The notes beneath the pieces are model-generated. The model was given only the letters and a program-made list of their open reading frames with translations. It did not search any database and had not been told where the DNA came from. Of a DNA stretch of 64,000 nucleotides, positions 1 through 9,918 are shown piece by piece. Location of the stretch: contig CAXRHT010000002.1 of the NCBI GenBank assembly GCA_964230645.1, positions 544,001-608,000 on the forward strand. Reading direction: 5' to 3'. How positions within the stretch are numbered: the first letter of the stretch is position 1; each line of letters begins with the position of its first letter. Both the position numbers and the translations under genes were made by a program. The stretch is from Bdellovibrionales bacterium (lineage in GTDB: Bacteria > Bdellovibrionota > Bdellovibrionia > Bdellovibrionales > JAGQZY01).

Positions 1-676
1 GCAGCCCTTGGTAACAACAGACCGCAAAGATTATAAGTCCACCCACGAGATTCTTTAAGAAAAACACAAAGATATCACTAAAATCGGCGGCTTGAGATAA
101 AGAGGTAAAAAAGACGTCAAAGGGCATACCTTTAATCACGCGACAAACCATAGCACCCGAAAGAGCGGAAAAACTAACGAAGTAAAAGGCAAGGCAAAGC
201 ACACTTATAACCCCACCAATGAGACGGGGAAAAATAACAAAGCTCATGGGATTAATGCCCATCGCTCTTAAAGCATCCATTTCTTTATTGACCTGCATCG
301 AACCCAGTTCAGAAGCTACCGCTGTTCCCGATCTTGCAATCACTATCAATGCTGTCAGGAGCGGTCCAATTTCGCGCACAACAATCATCACCATAAATTT
401 ACCAACGGCATCCACTCCACCGATAAAAGTCATTTGCATAATGGCCTGAAGCGCGATCAAAGCCCCCGAGCCAATGGCTAAAAAACCAATTAAGGGCATG
501 GCTTGCCAGCCGGTGAAATAAATTTGGGCCGAGATCACTCCATAAAGAGTTCGCCAACCTTGATTTCGCCCCACCAACGTGGACCGAAAGCTCAGGTAGG
601 TCATTAAAAACAATCTCCAGATGTAGTGGAGATTTTGAAAGACTTTCTGACCCATGCGATCAACAGTAGCGATCAT
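1..676 (-). CDS. mlaE: MlaE-family ABC transporter permease (runs off window start)
   Basis: Not in the ORF track. Manual translation from ATG 676: MIATVDRMGQKV...IVVREIGPLLTALIVIARSGTAVASELGSMQVNKEMDALRAMGINP, the MlaE signature. Confidence 0.92.
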   Translation of the reverse strand, partial: MIATVDRMGQKVFQNLHYIWRLFLMTYLSFRSTLVGRNQGWRTLYGVISAQIYFTGWQAMPLIGFLAIGSGALIALQAIMQMTFIGGVDAVGKFMVMIVVREIGPLLTALIVIARSGTAVASELGSMQVNKEMDALRAMGINPMSFVIFPRLIGGVISVLCLAFYFVSFSALSGAMVCRVIKGMPFDVFFTSLSQAADFSDIFVFFLKNLVGGLIIFAVCCYQGL

Positions 677-881
677 CAATTAACCTTTGTTAAACAATTC
701 ATAAACACTTGTTCCTTATCGGTGGAATCTAATTTTTTTATTAAGATTTTAAGGGGTTAGGAAAGATTCTAGACTCTCAATTGGTCCTGATTTTTTAATT
801 GATTTGTCTCAGTGAGAGTCATTGTATGGCATGAGAACTGAGAGCAAGACCAACGACCCAAATTCTGATAGAGTGATTACT

Positions 882-1187
882 ATGAAGGTAGGTCTCATTT
901 TATTTTTCTTGGTATTTTTGTCTGGACTCACCCTCGCTCAAGCCAACTGTGAACCTAAAAAAAAGTGGCAGAGTTGTAAGAAGACTTCCGATTGCCAATT
1001 GATCCCTCCCCATCCTTGCCATGAATCTCATGGAATCAATAAAGACTTTTTGAAAGAATTTAAAAAATGGCACAAAAATCGTCATGCTGATGAGTTATGT
1101 ATGAGAAGACCCGACGCTCCGGCGGATGCTAATAAAGTTAAATGTCTAAAAAATCGATGCGCTTCTTTTCATTCAAAAGAACCATAG
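882..1187 (+). CDS. Small secreted Cys-rich hypothetical protein
   Basis: Signal peptide from ATG 882 (MKVGLILFFLVFLSGLTLAQA); multiple Cys (CKKTSDC...C...CLKNRC). Confidence 0.65.
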   Translation: MKVGLILFFLVFLSGLTLAQANCEPKKKWQSCKKTSDCQLIPPHPCHESHGINKDFLKEFKKWHKNRHADELCMRRPDAPADANKVKCLKNRCASFHSKEP

Positions 1188-1748
1188 ATCATAAAAAACA
1201 GTTTTAAATGTTTCTAAAACCACCCGTGTCCAGTGCACTTTGAACTTCCTCCCTACCGTTGAACGACGATAAATAGGGATTTCCTTGGGAAAATGGGAAC
1301 GGAAAGTTTGATAAGCCCGGTGCATATGAATGCGAGAGGTAATTAAGACTACATCTTTACAGTTAAGGGCTTCGACCAAAGGCAATGCCTGTTGAGCGTT
1401 ACCGTAGGTCGTTAAAGAGCGCTTTTCAAGGATGATGTCATCACTATCAATATCGCCATAAAATGGTTTTTGTGGGAATAGATCACGAAGTTCCGCCGAA
1501 GGGTTTACTCCTGAGATAATGATTTTTTTTATTTGTTTAAGATAAAGCAATTCAAAGGCATCCCCTATTCGGTTGGGACCGCCTGTTAAAACGACCCCAC
1601 AGTCGGCCTGATGATCCTCAAGCCAGGCTGTGATCGGATAGCTGCTAATGGTTTTTAGGTGACTCACAGAAAAAAGAGAAAGAAGGGCCGCAAGCACGAA
1701 AACATTAAAAAATATTACAATTGCGAGTATCTTTCTCTTTTTCATCAA
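1173..1748 (-). CDS. YdcF/DUF218 (ElyC/SanA-like) protein
   Basis: N-terminal TM; VVLTGG, IISG, LEKRSLTTYGNA, LITSRIHMHRA motifs. Confidence 0.88.
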   Translation of the reverse strand: MMKKRKILAIVIFFNVFVLAALLSLFSVSHLKTISSYPITAWLEDHQADCGVVLTGGPNRIGDAFELLYLKQIKKIIISGVNPSAELRDLFPQKPFYGDIDSDDIILEKRSLTTYGNAQQALPLVEALNCKDVVLITSRIHMHRAYQTFRSHFPKEIPIYRRSTVGRKFKVHWTRVVLETFKTVFYDLWFF

Positions 1749-2126
1749 TTACTTACGAGCCAAAAGCTCCACTTCCACATTCACCCCTTTAGGAAGGGCT
1801 GCCACTTGAATACAGGAGCGTGCCGGAAAAGGCTCTTCAAAGTAGGTGGCGTAGATTTCATTTACTTTTTGAAAATCATTAAGATCGGTTAGAAAAATGG
1901 TCGACTTGATCACATCTTTCCAAGAGTAGTCGGCCGCCTTTAGGACTTCCTCTGCATTTTGCATCACCTGCTTGGTTTGCTCTTGAATGTCTCCTGTTAA
2001 AATATCCCCTGTTTCAGGAACAATGGGAATTTGCCCCGAACAGAACAATGTTCCATCCACTTCAAGAGCTTGTGAGTAAGGACCGACGGGAGCCGGAGCG
2101 GACTTGGTTTCAATAACTTTTTTCAT
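1749..2126 (-). CDS. ridA: RidA/YjgF family enamine/imine deaminase
   Basis: APAPVGPYSQA, SGQIP, FPARSCIQVAALPKGVNVE. Confidence 0.95.
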   Translation of the reverse strand: MKKVIETKSAPAPVGPYSQALEVDGTLFCSGQIPIVPETGDILTGDIQEQTKQVMQNAEEVLKAADYSWKDVIKSTIFLTDLNDFQKVNEIYATYFEEPFPARSCIQVAALPKGVNVEVELLARK

Positions 2127-2144
2127 GAAAGATCTCCTTTACTA

Positions 2145-2636
2145 TTAGAAATAAAATATAATTCCACCGCGGAGAGGATGATCCCCAATGGTACGAAAAA
2201 GAGTTCCATTGGAATCGCTACGAATTCCTACCCCCGCTTCGAAGGTAAAGCCTAAGCTCTCAAGGCCTGTGAAAAAGAACTCTCCTCCGAGAAAGCCCAT
2301 GAGCTCGAAGCCAGAGTTGTTCTCTCCTGCGATCTCAGTACTCAAAAGGCCCGCTCCTCCACCAATATAAAAATTCATATTACTTTCGGTAAAAATAATG
2401 CGGTAAAGCTTGGCCAGAAGACCGAAGCGAGAGTTATCTTGCTGGGTGTTCACCCCAACGGCTAGCGACATTCCGGTGCGAGAGTTAGGATAGTACTGCG
2501 CCGTGAGTGCTGGAAGGTCAGTGGAGAGTTGATTGGAATACCCCACACCCAAGCGGTTGGCGAGATCGACCCCAAAGGCTGTTGATGAAAAACATAATGT
2601 TGCTGAAAACACTAGCAGAATGCGTTTAAAGAGCAC
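2145..2636 (-). CDS. Small outer-membrane beta-barrel protein
   Basis: Signal peptide, amphipathic Gly/aromatic strands, C-terminal FYF; SD GGGGAG before GTG. Confidence 0.7.
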   Translation of the reverse strand: MLFKRILLVFSATLCFSSTAFGVDLANRLGVGYSNQLSTDLPALTAQYYPNSRTGMSLAVGVNTQQDNSRFGLLAKLYRIIFTESNMNFYIGGGAGLLSTEIAGENNSGFELMGFLGGEFFFTGLESLGFTFEAGVGIRSDSNGTLFRTIGDHPLRGGIIFYF

Positions 2637-2755
2637 GTTCTCCCCTTTCTAATTGGAACTGAGAGTCTATTAAAGACCAATCTCAAAAAAATTCAACGAA
2701 TAACTCTTGATTTCCTGAATTTCTAAGGCTACTTGTACCCCCTACCCAAAAAAAT

Positions 2756-2831
2756 GGGGCGTTAGCTCAGCTGGGAGAGCGCGACGCTGGCAGCGTCGAG
2801 GTCGCAGGTTCGATCCCTGTACGCTCCACCA
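2756..2831 (+). tRNA. tRNA-Ala (GGC)
   Basis: GGGGCGT/ACGCTCC acceptor stem with G3:U70, D arm TAGCTCAGCTGGGAGAGC, anticodon arm CGACG-CTGGCAG-CGTCG, T loop GGTTCGATCCC, encoded CCA. Confidence 0.98.
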
Positions 2832-2834
2832 ATC

Positions 2835-2955
2835 TTTTCAAAGACGACCATGGGTCGCCTAAAAAAATCCCAGATAAAAAGAAATTCCATCAAAAATTAA
2901 AATATAAAGTGAAAGCAAAGCCCAAGCCAGGGCGACCCATGGTCGTCTTTGAAAA
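2835..2955. repeat. Perfect 25-bp inverted repeat pair immediately after the tRNA
   Basis: TTTTCAAAGACGACCATGGGTCGCC (2835-2859) and its reverse complement (2931-2955) around an A-rich spacer; each arm holds a CGACC-ATG-GGTCG mini-hairpin. Confidence 0.9.
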
Positions 2956-3139
2956 CCTTGGAGAAGCGAACAGTGCTCGCCCCAGCTCCCGAGGGTGTCG
3001 ATAGCCCTGGCAGCGGAGAGCCGTGCCCGCACTAAAATTGCCCCCAAGGGCAAATTTAGTGCGGAGCATGTTCGAGGCTCAGCCCGCGCAGGCGGGCTAT
3101 GTCGAGAACCGGCGGCAAGGCCGCCTGCCCGAACCAAGG
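2956..3139. other. GC-rich branched foldback element (structured RNA or MITE-like)
   Basis: Closing CCTTGG/CCAAGG; central hairpin 3027-3043/3048-3064 (16/17); nested ATAGCCC/GGGCTAT and GAGCC/GGCTC stems; side hairpin GGCGGCAAGGCCGCC. Confidence 0.6.
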
Positions 3140-3333
3140 CTTAAAGCTTTGCCGGATACCGTATACCGAAGCCGGTATTCTGGATACCGTCCATTACCCT
3201 GTTTAGCTTTTGTGAATACTGAGAGCCACCCTATCCCCAAGAAGAATACCACTATGCCTATTAAAAATTATCGGCCCCAAAAGGAGCATGCTATCTAAAT
3301 CCTTAAGCAAAACGACATCTCGGAGGAGGAGAT

Positions 3334-3858
3334 ATGAAAGCATTTATTTCGATTTTTATAACAATGGTGTTAAGTCACATGGCCCAAGCTGATTCCATCA
3401 TCGGACAACCCGCACCGGGGCAGTGTAGTGACCTTCATAGGCTTGAGTGTCGACTAGGAAACAATGAATTATCCTTAACCCTGACTCTCAATGGCCCTGG
3501 AGCTGATGGCAAAAATGATGGCTGCGCTATTGCAAAAAAATATGTAGGACTGGTTGATATTATCGCTTCTGAAGGTGATCCACTGACAGACCACAGAATT
3601 GATTTTTTCCCAAAACTTAGCGGAGGAAACTATATTCAAATAATCAACCCTGTTGGCAAAGACATCTCTGAGTATCACGTTGAATTTTTTGATGAGATGG
3701 CTAAAGCCCTCTACAAAGACTTGATGGTGAACAATTTGAATCTCAGCATCACATACGATCGCAACTTTCAAGTTCTCGACATTCAAGGGGTTGTGGCTGG
3801 GGCTAAAGATAACGGCCAGAAATTTGCCTTCAGTGGCTCTCAAATGAGCTGCCAGTAA
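3334..3858 (+). CDS. Secreted hypothetical protein
   Basis: Strong SD GGAGGAG; signal peptide ending AQA; followed by hairpin 3867-3895. Confidence 0.75.
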   Translation: MKAFISIFITMVLSHMAQADSIIGQPAPGQCSDLHRLECRLGNNELSLTLTLNGPGADGKNDGCAIAKKYVGLVDIIASEGDPLTDHRIDFFPKLSGGNYIQIINPVGKDISEYHVEFFDEMAKALYKDLMVNNLNLSITYDRNFQVLDIQGVVAGAKDNGQKFAFSGSQMSCQ

Positions 3859-4176
3859 ATATCAAGACCCCCAATGTAGAGACTTCGGGGGTTTTCAACT
3901 CAACTTTTTTCTATCACAAACAACTTGAAGAATCCTCCTGATCAGATTCACTGCTGCAGCCAAAAAACAATAAGAGCAAATAATTTCATAATTCCCTTCT
4001 TTACTAACTTAGTGCATTTAATGGGTTTATGATGGGAAAATTACAATCTATTTCCCGAAAATCGCATCTTAAAGAGACAGTGAAGTCACTAGCATGTCAT
4101 CCACTGCCGGTTCGCTGCATCTTTGCCAGAAGTCGGTTTGGTAAAATAGCTTCGATAGGAGAGTTTTTAAAAAAAT

Positions 4177-4677
4177 CTACTTTTTTGCGAAACGAAAGAA
4201 TCGTTCAGGTACAAAATCAAGATCGAATTTTTTTCGACACTGTGGAAAGTTTCCACAATTTGATTCTGTGACTTTATCAGCCAGTCGATCAATATCCTCA
4301 TCGATTTTTTCCACTCTTTGTAAAACCTCGAACTCACTCTCACACTCTTCGCAGTAAAGAGGAACAAAGACACTTTCGACTTTAGAATTTTGCGGGAGAA
4401 ATCCCTCGATCAAATTAATCTGGTCCACTAAAATTCGATGACAATTGTGAAAAGAAATTTCACTCTTCACTCGATCATCAATTTCATCGACAAACCGCAC
4501 CCATTTTTTAATTCCAGAGGAATTTATTAAATCAACACCACCAAAATCAAAAATGATTTTATCTCCACTCGGAAATTCTGAGATCTCCGGCAAATCGGCC
4601 GATTCATCTAAAAAACCTTGGAGTTTTAGTACACCTGTACCATCTTTTGTTGTAGAAAATTCGTAGGAAAAACTCAT
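4177..4677 (-). CDS. STAS-like (anti-anti-sigma) domain protein with C-terminal Cys cluster
   Basis: LKLQGFLDE...FDFGGVDLINSSGIKKW with STAS phospho-Ser motif; CEEC...C...C tail; start taken at MSFSYEF. Confidence 0.8.
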   Translation of the reverse strand: MSFSYEFSTTKDGTGVLKLQGFLDESADLPEISEFPSGDKIIFDFGGVDLINSSGIKKWVRFVDEIDDRVKSEISFHNCHRILVDQINLIEGFLPQNSKVESVFVPLYCEECESEFEVLQRVEKIDEDIDRLADKVTESNCGNFPQCRKKFDLDFVPERFFRFAKK

Positions 4678-4723
4678 ACTTAATTCTAAGCACAATAGTT
4701 ATTGAAAACAACTTAAAATCATT

Positions 4724-6694
4724 TTAAGCCGCCTGATCGTCTGTAATGTCCGCAAATGACAGCACGATTTGAAGCTCGGCTCCCGGATAATCCTCATTGT
4801 TGAAGATATTTATTTCTCCACTGTACTTGGCAACGATGGCTGCGATGGCAGCCATTCCGACACCTCGACCACTAGTTTCGGACACATTTTGTGCGGTCGA
4901 TACCTGATCAAGAAAAACGACATTTTCAATTCGACCGACAACTTTTTGAGTGGCTTGATCGAGTTGATCGAATTTTTGTTTTAATTTCTTTGTATCCAGA
5001 CCGGCGCCAAAATCCTTCACTCGTAAATACAGTCTTGATTCCGATATGAAAGCACAAATTTCGATTTCAATATTGCGATTCAATTTTGGTAAGACGTAGC
5101 CATGATCCACGGTATTTTGAACCGCATGATGCAACAAGGTGGTAAGATCATTTTTTAAGTGAACCGGCCATTCTTTAACCTGATCGTCGATTAAAAAGCG
5201 ATCCCACTGTATACCTTGATTGCGCGTGATACTTTTCTTAATCATAGATAGAGGCTCAGAGAGAACCCACTCCCCAGAACTCTCTCTATTCTCAAAGATG
5301 CTTCTTTTTGCCTCCAAAAACTCTTCGCAAAGAAGATTGAAGGACTGAAAAACCTCAGACTGCGCAAAGTTTAAGTTTTTGTCTGCGATAATTTCACTCT
5401 CTAGCTCATGAACTCGCGCTGAAAGCTTTGAAAAGCCCAAACTGCGGGCTTCACCTTTAATGCCATGAAGATCACTGAGTAGAGAAGCTTTGTCAGGTTC
5501 CTGCTGGGAGGCCATCACAAAAAGCTCAAGCTTAGTCAAAAAACCTAGTGTGGAATTGAGTCCTACCTCTCTCACCGCAGATATGATTTCCCGCAAGTGA
5601 GCCTCGATTTTCCTGTGCCGCTCGAGGTCTTTTTGGGTTTTCTTTTCTTCGGTCACATCATCAACTGTGACAATAACCTTTTCAACGACATCATCGTTTA
5701 ATACCGCTGTCCAGGAAAGACGCAGCTCCCTCTTGTCACCATAAACAGAGGTCGAATAGTCCTGAGTGAGGTTATTACGATTTAATTCCCAATTGATTTC
5801 ATCTTCACCTAAAATATTTAGAAGCGTCGTCTTATTGATGTCTCTTTCTTCTTGCGTGAGACTAGAGTTTTTAAATAAAAAATCAAGGATCGACTCTCCT
5901 GTGGGTTCCATGGCTGTGAAGATCTTTTTCACTTGCCCAGAGTACTGACTGTCGACCTTCAAATCCCGGTCAAACATCAAAATCCCGATATTGACATTTT
6001 CAAAAATACTATCAATCTGTGATTTCTGATTTTTGATTGTGTGAAAGGCTTTTTCTAGAAGCTTTTCGTGTTTATCCGCCAAGGACTTTTCAATCCACAG
6101 GACTACGATGATAAGTCCTGTGATCATCAGCGTATCATTGATAATAAGAGAAAAATGAAAATCAGAGGAGTGAAGCCCTGTCACTGGAAGGACTTGTTTG
6201 TGGGACAAATAGTCTAAGATGGGTAACACCAAAAAAGTGAAAAAGGCCACCGGAATTCGAACTTTCAGAGAATATTTCGAAAAGGCTATAACGGAATAAA
6301 TTAAACCGAGGTAAATAAAATGGTAACCGTTAAAACTTTTGCCGAAAACAACGACTGCTTGCGCCGCATAGCCGACAATCATACACAATCCAAAAATGTG
6401 AGCCACTAAGATCTTACGGAGATAATGAAAAAGAGGGACGCCAAAACTAATCGACATCAACCCCCAATACCAATAGCGGTAAAATGGATCTAAACCGAGT
6501 TTTACCAGCTGGTTGGATAGGGCAAAGCCAAGGACAAGCCCTAAATAGACCATGACGTTACTATAAATAATAACGCGCTTAACTGAAGTGTCATGATGGG
6601 GCTCTACCCCTAGCCACACCGCCTTCTGTATACAAGCCTTGAAAAGAGATAATGCCTTTTTAATTTTTCCATCCATAGGGTAAACTATCCTCAC
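4724..6694 (-). CDS. Membrane-bound CheA-like histidine kinase (TM sensor, PAS-like, Hpt, HATPase)
   Basis: About 6 TM segments; Hpt LHGIKGEARSLG; HAVQNTVDHG, DFGAGLD, SETSGRGVGM ATPase boxes; no CheW domain; alternative start 6676. Confidence 0.88.
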   Translation of the reverse strand: MRIVYPMDGKIKKALSLFKACIQKAVWLGVEPHHDTSVKRVIIYSNVMVYLGLVLGFALSNQLVKLGLDPFYRYWYWGLMSISFGVPLFHYLRKILVAHIFGLCMIVGYAAQAVVVFGKSFNGYHFIYLGLIYSVIAFSKYSLKVRIPVAFFTFLVLPILDYLSHKQVLPVTGLHSSDFHFSLIINDTLMITGLIIVVLWIEKSLADKHEKLLEKAFHTIKNQKSQIDSIFENVNIGILMFDRDLKVDSQYSGQVKKIFTAMEPTGESILDFLFKNSSLTQEERDINKTTLLNILGEDEINWELNRNNLTQDYSTSVYGDKRELRLSWTAVLNDDVVEKVIVTVDDVTEEKKTQKDLERHRKIEAHLREIISAVREVGLNSTLGFLTKLELFVMASQQEPDKASLLSDLHGIKGEARSLGFSKLSARVHELESEIIADKNLNFAQSEVFQSFNLLCEEFLEAKRSIFENRESSGEWVLSEPLSMIKKSITRNQGIQWDRFLIDDQVKEWPVHLKNDLTTLLHHAVQNTVDHGYVLPKLNRNIEIEICAFISESRLYLRVKDFGAGLDTKKLKQKFDQLDQATQKVVGRIENVVFLDQVSTAQNVSETSGRGVGMAAIAAIVAKYSGEINIFNNEDYPGAELQIVLSFADITDDQAA

Positions 6695-6753
6695 TAGTAG
6701 AGTTATCGGAATTCTTCTCTCGATATATGAGAACTAGTTGGAAATGAATGTGA

Positions 6754-7326
6754 ATGGAGAATCAACATATGACCAAAGGCCAGTTCGAAGAAAGCCTGGA
6801 GAGCGCACTCATGAAATCTTCTCTGTCGAGAATCAAAACTTTCTGTCGGCAGGAGGATTTTCACCTCAACAAAAGTCCTGATGTTAGCAAAGATCACGCT
6901 CAAAAACCAAACCTCGTTCTTATTCTCATTTCCGGCCAAGATGTGCATATTACTCTTAAGGTATTTTTTGACGCAAAAAAATGCCCCTCTCTCACTGAGC
7001 AAACCCATGGACAATCCGATCAAGAGGATGAACAATCCCATCGCTCCGTTGACGTGGTAAAAGAACTTTCTAATTTGATCGCAGGCCACATCAAAATGCT
7101 TCTTGATCAAGCTGGCATTAATTGCGAGATCAGTTTGCCTATCTCCATGCGAGGTTATGATGAGATTTTCTTTAAAGATGATATCAATTTAGGTTTAAAA
7201 AAGAACCAATGGGAAATTTATCGCGAGTCAGAGAAATTGACATTCGTCTCTGTGGTGAGAAACTCCCTGGATAACGACATTGAACTTGAGTACGTAGAAG
7301 AATCAAGCACTATTGAACTGTTTTAA
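6754..7326 (+). CDS. CheX/CheC-like phosphatase-family protein
   Basis: DVVKELSNLIAGHIK (ExxN motif) and ISLP; precedes a CheY-like gene. Confidence 0.72.
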   Translation: MENQHMTKGQFEESLESALMKSSLSRIKTFCRQEDFHLNKSPDVSKDHAQKPNLVLILISGQDVHITLKVFFDAKKCPSLTEQTHGQSDQEDEQSHRSVDVVKELSNLIAGHIKMLLDQAGINCEISLPISMRGYDEIFFKDDINLGLKKNQWEIYRESEKLTFVSVVRNSLDNDIELEYVEESSTIELF

Positions 7327-7341
7327 AAAAGGATCCAATCA

Positions 7342-7707
7342 ATGGCAAAAATTTTAATTGCTGACGATTCAGAAACACTAAGAGTACAACTCCGCAATGA
7401 TCTGGAGAACGCCAAACACGAGGTCTTAGCGGCCGAAGACGGACTTGTCGCTATTAAAAAACTTCAGGAAAATTCAGACATTCAACTTTGTATATTGGAT
7501 GTTAATATGCCCGAAGCCAGCGGACTTGAGGTTTTAGAAAAAATGCGTGAAGAAAACTTGTGTCCGAAGGCATTGGTGTTCATGCTCACCACTGATTCAA
7601 GCCCGACCCTCAAAGAAAAAGGCAAGAGCTTAGGGGTAAAAGCCTGGATCACGAAACCTTATCAGAAAGAGTCTCTTTTAAACGTTATTGAAAAGTTGGT
7701 GGTATGA
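7342..7707 (+). CDS. Single-domain CheY-like response regulator
   Basis: ILIADDS, LDVNMP, MLTTD, AWITKP. Confidence 0.93.
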   Translation: MAKILIADDSETLRVQLRNDLENAKHEVLAAEDGLVAIKKLQENSDIQLCILDVNMPEASGLEVLEKMREENLCPKALVFMLTTDSSPTLKEKGKSLGVKAWITKPYQKESLLNVIEKLVV

Positions 7708-8900
7708 GATCGGATTTCTTAAGCAATGGATTCAAGGCCAGTGAGGAGCTTCTTTTATTATTAGAAGACGCTAAGAAAAAACTGGATTATTCAATCGATA
7801 AACTTCCCGGTATCTATTTTGTCTTCGATGAAGAGGGTGTGATTTACCGCAACAACTGGGAATTTTTAAAGTGTTTTGAAAAGTCTGAAGCTTTGAGTGA
7901 TAAAACCAAGCTCTTTGACCTTCTTGCTAAGGATGAAAAAGCAAGAATGCAAGAGTTAATGATGCTTAACCAAGAGCAATTTGAAAAGGTCATTGATCGT
8001 GAGTTTAGTTTTATCAATGGAAAAACCTATGCCCTTTCCACTTACGCCTGGAAAGTCTCCAAGTCCTCTAAAAAAGTTTTCTACACAGCTCACGGCCGAG
8101 ATGTTTCTGAGTTAAAAAATCTCTTACTTGAAAAAAATTATCTCATGAGAGAGGTGCAAGGAGCCGAACAAATCCAAAAGCTTATGCTTCCCGAACAAGA
8201 AGCCCAAATCGGAAAATCAGAAATTTCTTGTTTTTACCGCCCTGCTGCCGAGTGCAGTGGTGATTTTCTCCACTATAACGTTCATGACAATGGCCTTATC
8301 CTGTGGGCCGGCGACGTGACCGGGCATGGAGTGGGTGCAGCCATGATTTCAGGTTGTGTGCGCTCAGCCATTGCTTTGATGGAAGAGGATCCCGCCCAAT
8401 TGGATGTCTCTAAAGCCATGGAAAAAATCAACCGATCCCTTTTGAAAGTGGCCAATAACGAATATTGGATGTCTTTTCAAATTGTGGTTTTTGATTTTAA
8501 AAATAAAAAATTTCGATCCTGCCAAGCCGGACATACAGAAATCTACTGCTTGGATTTAGATCAAGTCCCCTTGGCAAAATGGCGAGATCTCAAAATTATT
8601 AACGCCGAACAATCTCACGTATTAGGAATGACCGAGGAGCCTAAGTTTATAGATTCCGAGCACGATCTCGACGCCAGCCGGATTTATCTTAGTTTCAGTG
8701 ATGGTCTTTACGAAACAACCAACAAAAAGGACGTTGTTTACGGAAAAAGAAGACTTCTTAAAGGCTTTCTCGAAGAGTATCGCAACAAACAAAACCTTAA
8801 GGCTTCAAAAGAAAAAGTGCTGGATAATATTTTAAATTTCTCTAATCACGCCCCACTGGCTGATGATCTCTCCTTTTGGGCTTTCTCCTATAAAGGCTAG
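7704..8900 (+). CDS. PAS + PP2C (SpoIIE/RsbU-type) phosphatase
   Basis: AEQIQKLMLP, SGDF, GDVTGHGVGAA, FSDGLYE, DDLS; ATGA overlap with the upstream gene. Confidence 0.92.
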   Translation: MRSDFLSNGFKASEELLLLLEDAKKKLDYSIDKLPGIYFVFDEEGVIYRNNWEFLKCFEKSEALSDKTKLFDLLAKDEKARMQELMMLNQEQFEKVIDREFSFINGKTYALSTYAWKVSKSSKKVFYTAHGRDVSELKNLLLEKNYLMREVQGAEQIQKLMLPEQEAQIGKSEISCFYRPAAECSGDFLHYNVHDNGLILWAGDVTGHGVGAAMISGCVRSAIALMEEDPAQLDVSKAMEKINRSLLKVANNEYWMSFQIVVFDFKNKKFRSCQAGHTEIYCLDLDQVPLAKWRDLKIINAEQSHVLGMTEEPKFIDSEHDLDASRIYLSFSDGLYETTNKKDVVYGKRRLLKGFLEEYRNKQNLKASKEKVLDNILNFSNHAPLADDLSFWAFSYKG

Positions 8901-9039
8901 AGAGAAAACAAACCGCGCTTTTTTTGTGCGGCTTGCAGACTCACTTCTTATCTTGAAAGATTTACCTCTCCCCTCATAAATCTTTCACTTCTCTTGCTAG
9001 GTCAGTGATTTTTCTAATGAACAGAGATAAGGATGGCTT

Positions 9040-9912
9040 ATGAATAGATATCTTATTAGCCTTACAATCGTTTACCTCACTGTTTCCGCATTCGGTGCAT
9101 CAGCCTCCACGGACTTCGCTTTTACCGAAGAGAATTGCCAAAAGCCCGACCTGATGCAACCAAGCTTCCACAAAGGACTCTTTTTTCCAAATGGTGAGTT
9201 AAGAGGTGAACGATCTCTGGCTTTACTCATGCCCGCTGAAGACATCGTAAGTTCCGCCCTCAGGGTTTATCAAAGAGACGAGAGGATGGCGCAAAGGATT
9301 TTTCTCGACTCTCAAAGTGGACAGTTTATTGGTGATCAAAAGTACTTGTTTGACCCCAAAACTCACAGCGAAGAGTTGTTTGGTCTTCCAAGAATTAATA
9401 TAGCCAGCGTCCTTGATCACTTACAAGAGATGTTAGCTAAAGGTTTTGCCCGAGTGATCTCCTACACCGATGCGGGACATTTGCATTTAAAAATACCCAT
9501 TGGGGTGAAAGAAGAAATTCTCGCCACGACCGACGATGAAAATGAACAGCTTTTAGCGATGCTGAAACATCCTGAAACTCTTTACCTCTACCATACTGCC
9601 GAAAAAGTAAAACTTCTCGATCACAATGACGAACCCTTAAGCCCTGAGCTTGGTTGGTGGTATCTTAATCGCAACGTTATTGGGTCACAGCTGGGTAATG
9701 AATCTATCTATACTGTGGTAAAGCAAGGAGATGGCTACAACACCTATAAGAACCCCGAGGGCTACACCGAATTTGGCCCAAGCATTTATATTCAAAGTAA
9801 TAAAAAAGGCTGCTTTCAAATCACTCATAAGGGGGAGCCTATTAATCTCGACCTTAGCTTTATGATGCCAGCCTCGGATCCTGAAGTTCTTGCTGCCTCT
9901 CCAGAGAGATAG
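9040..9912 (+). CDS. Secreted hypothetical protein
   Basis: SD AAGGA, signal peptide, 290-aa ORF; no recognised family. Confidence 0.7.
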   Translation: MNRYLISLTIVYLTVSAFGASASTDFAFTEENCQKPDLMQPSFHKGLFFPNGELRGERSLALLMPAEDIVSSALRVYQRDERMAQRIFLDSQSGQFIGDQKYLFDPKTHSEELFGLPRINIASVLDHLQEMLAKGFARVISYTDAGHLHLKIPIGVKEEILATTDDENEQLLAMLKHPETLYLYHTAEKVKLLDHNDEPLSPELGWWYLNRNVIGSQLGNESIYTVVKQGDGYNTYKNPEGYTEFGPSIYIQSNKKGCFQITHKGEPINLDLSFMMPASDPEVLAASPER

Positions 9913-9918
9913 CACGGT

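Noticed and set aside
219..449. 76-aa plus-strand ORF
   Set aside because: Antisense shadow of mlaE; the same applies to most short ORFs opposite long genes in the track.
2956..3139. SRP RNA, RNase P or tmRNA
   Set aside because: The conserved SRP helix-8, RNase P P4 and tmRNA tRNA-like end motifs were not found; kept only as an unassigned structured element.
2859..3298. ORFs 2859..3137(-) and 3023..3298(+)
   Set aside because: They run through the palindromic elements, lack SDs and have no protein-like features.
3913..3989. Minus-strand MKLFALIVF...GCSSESDQEDSS lipoprotein-like fragment after an SD
   Set aside because: Needs a frameshift in a T-run and stops within about 25 codons; at most a decayed remnant.
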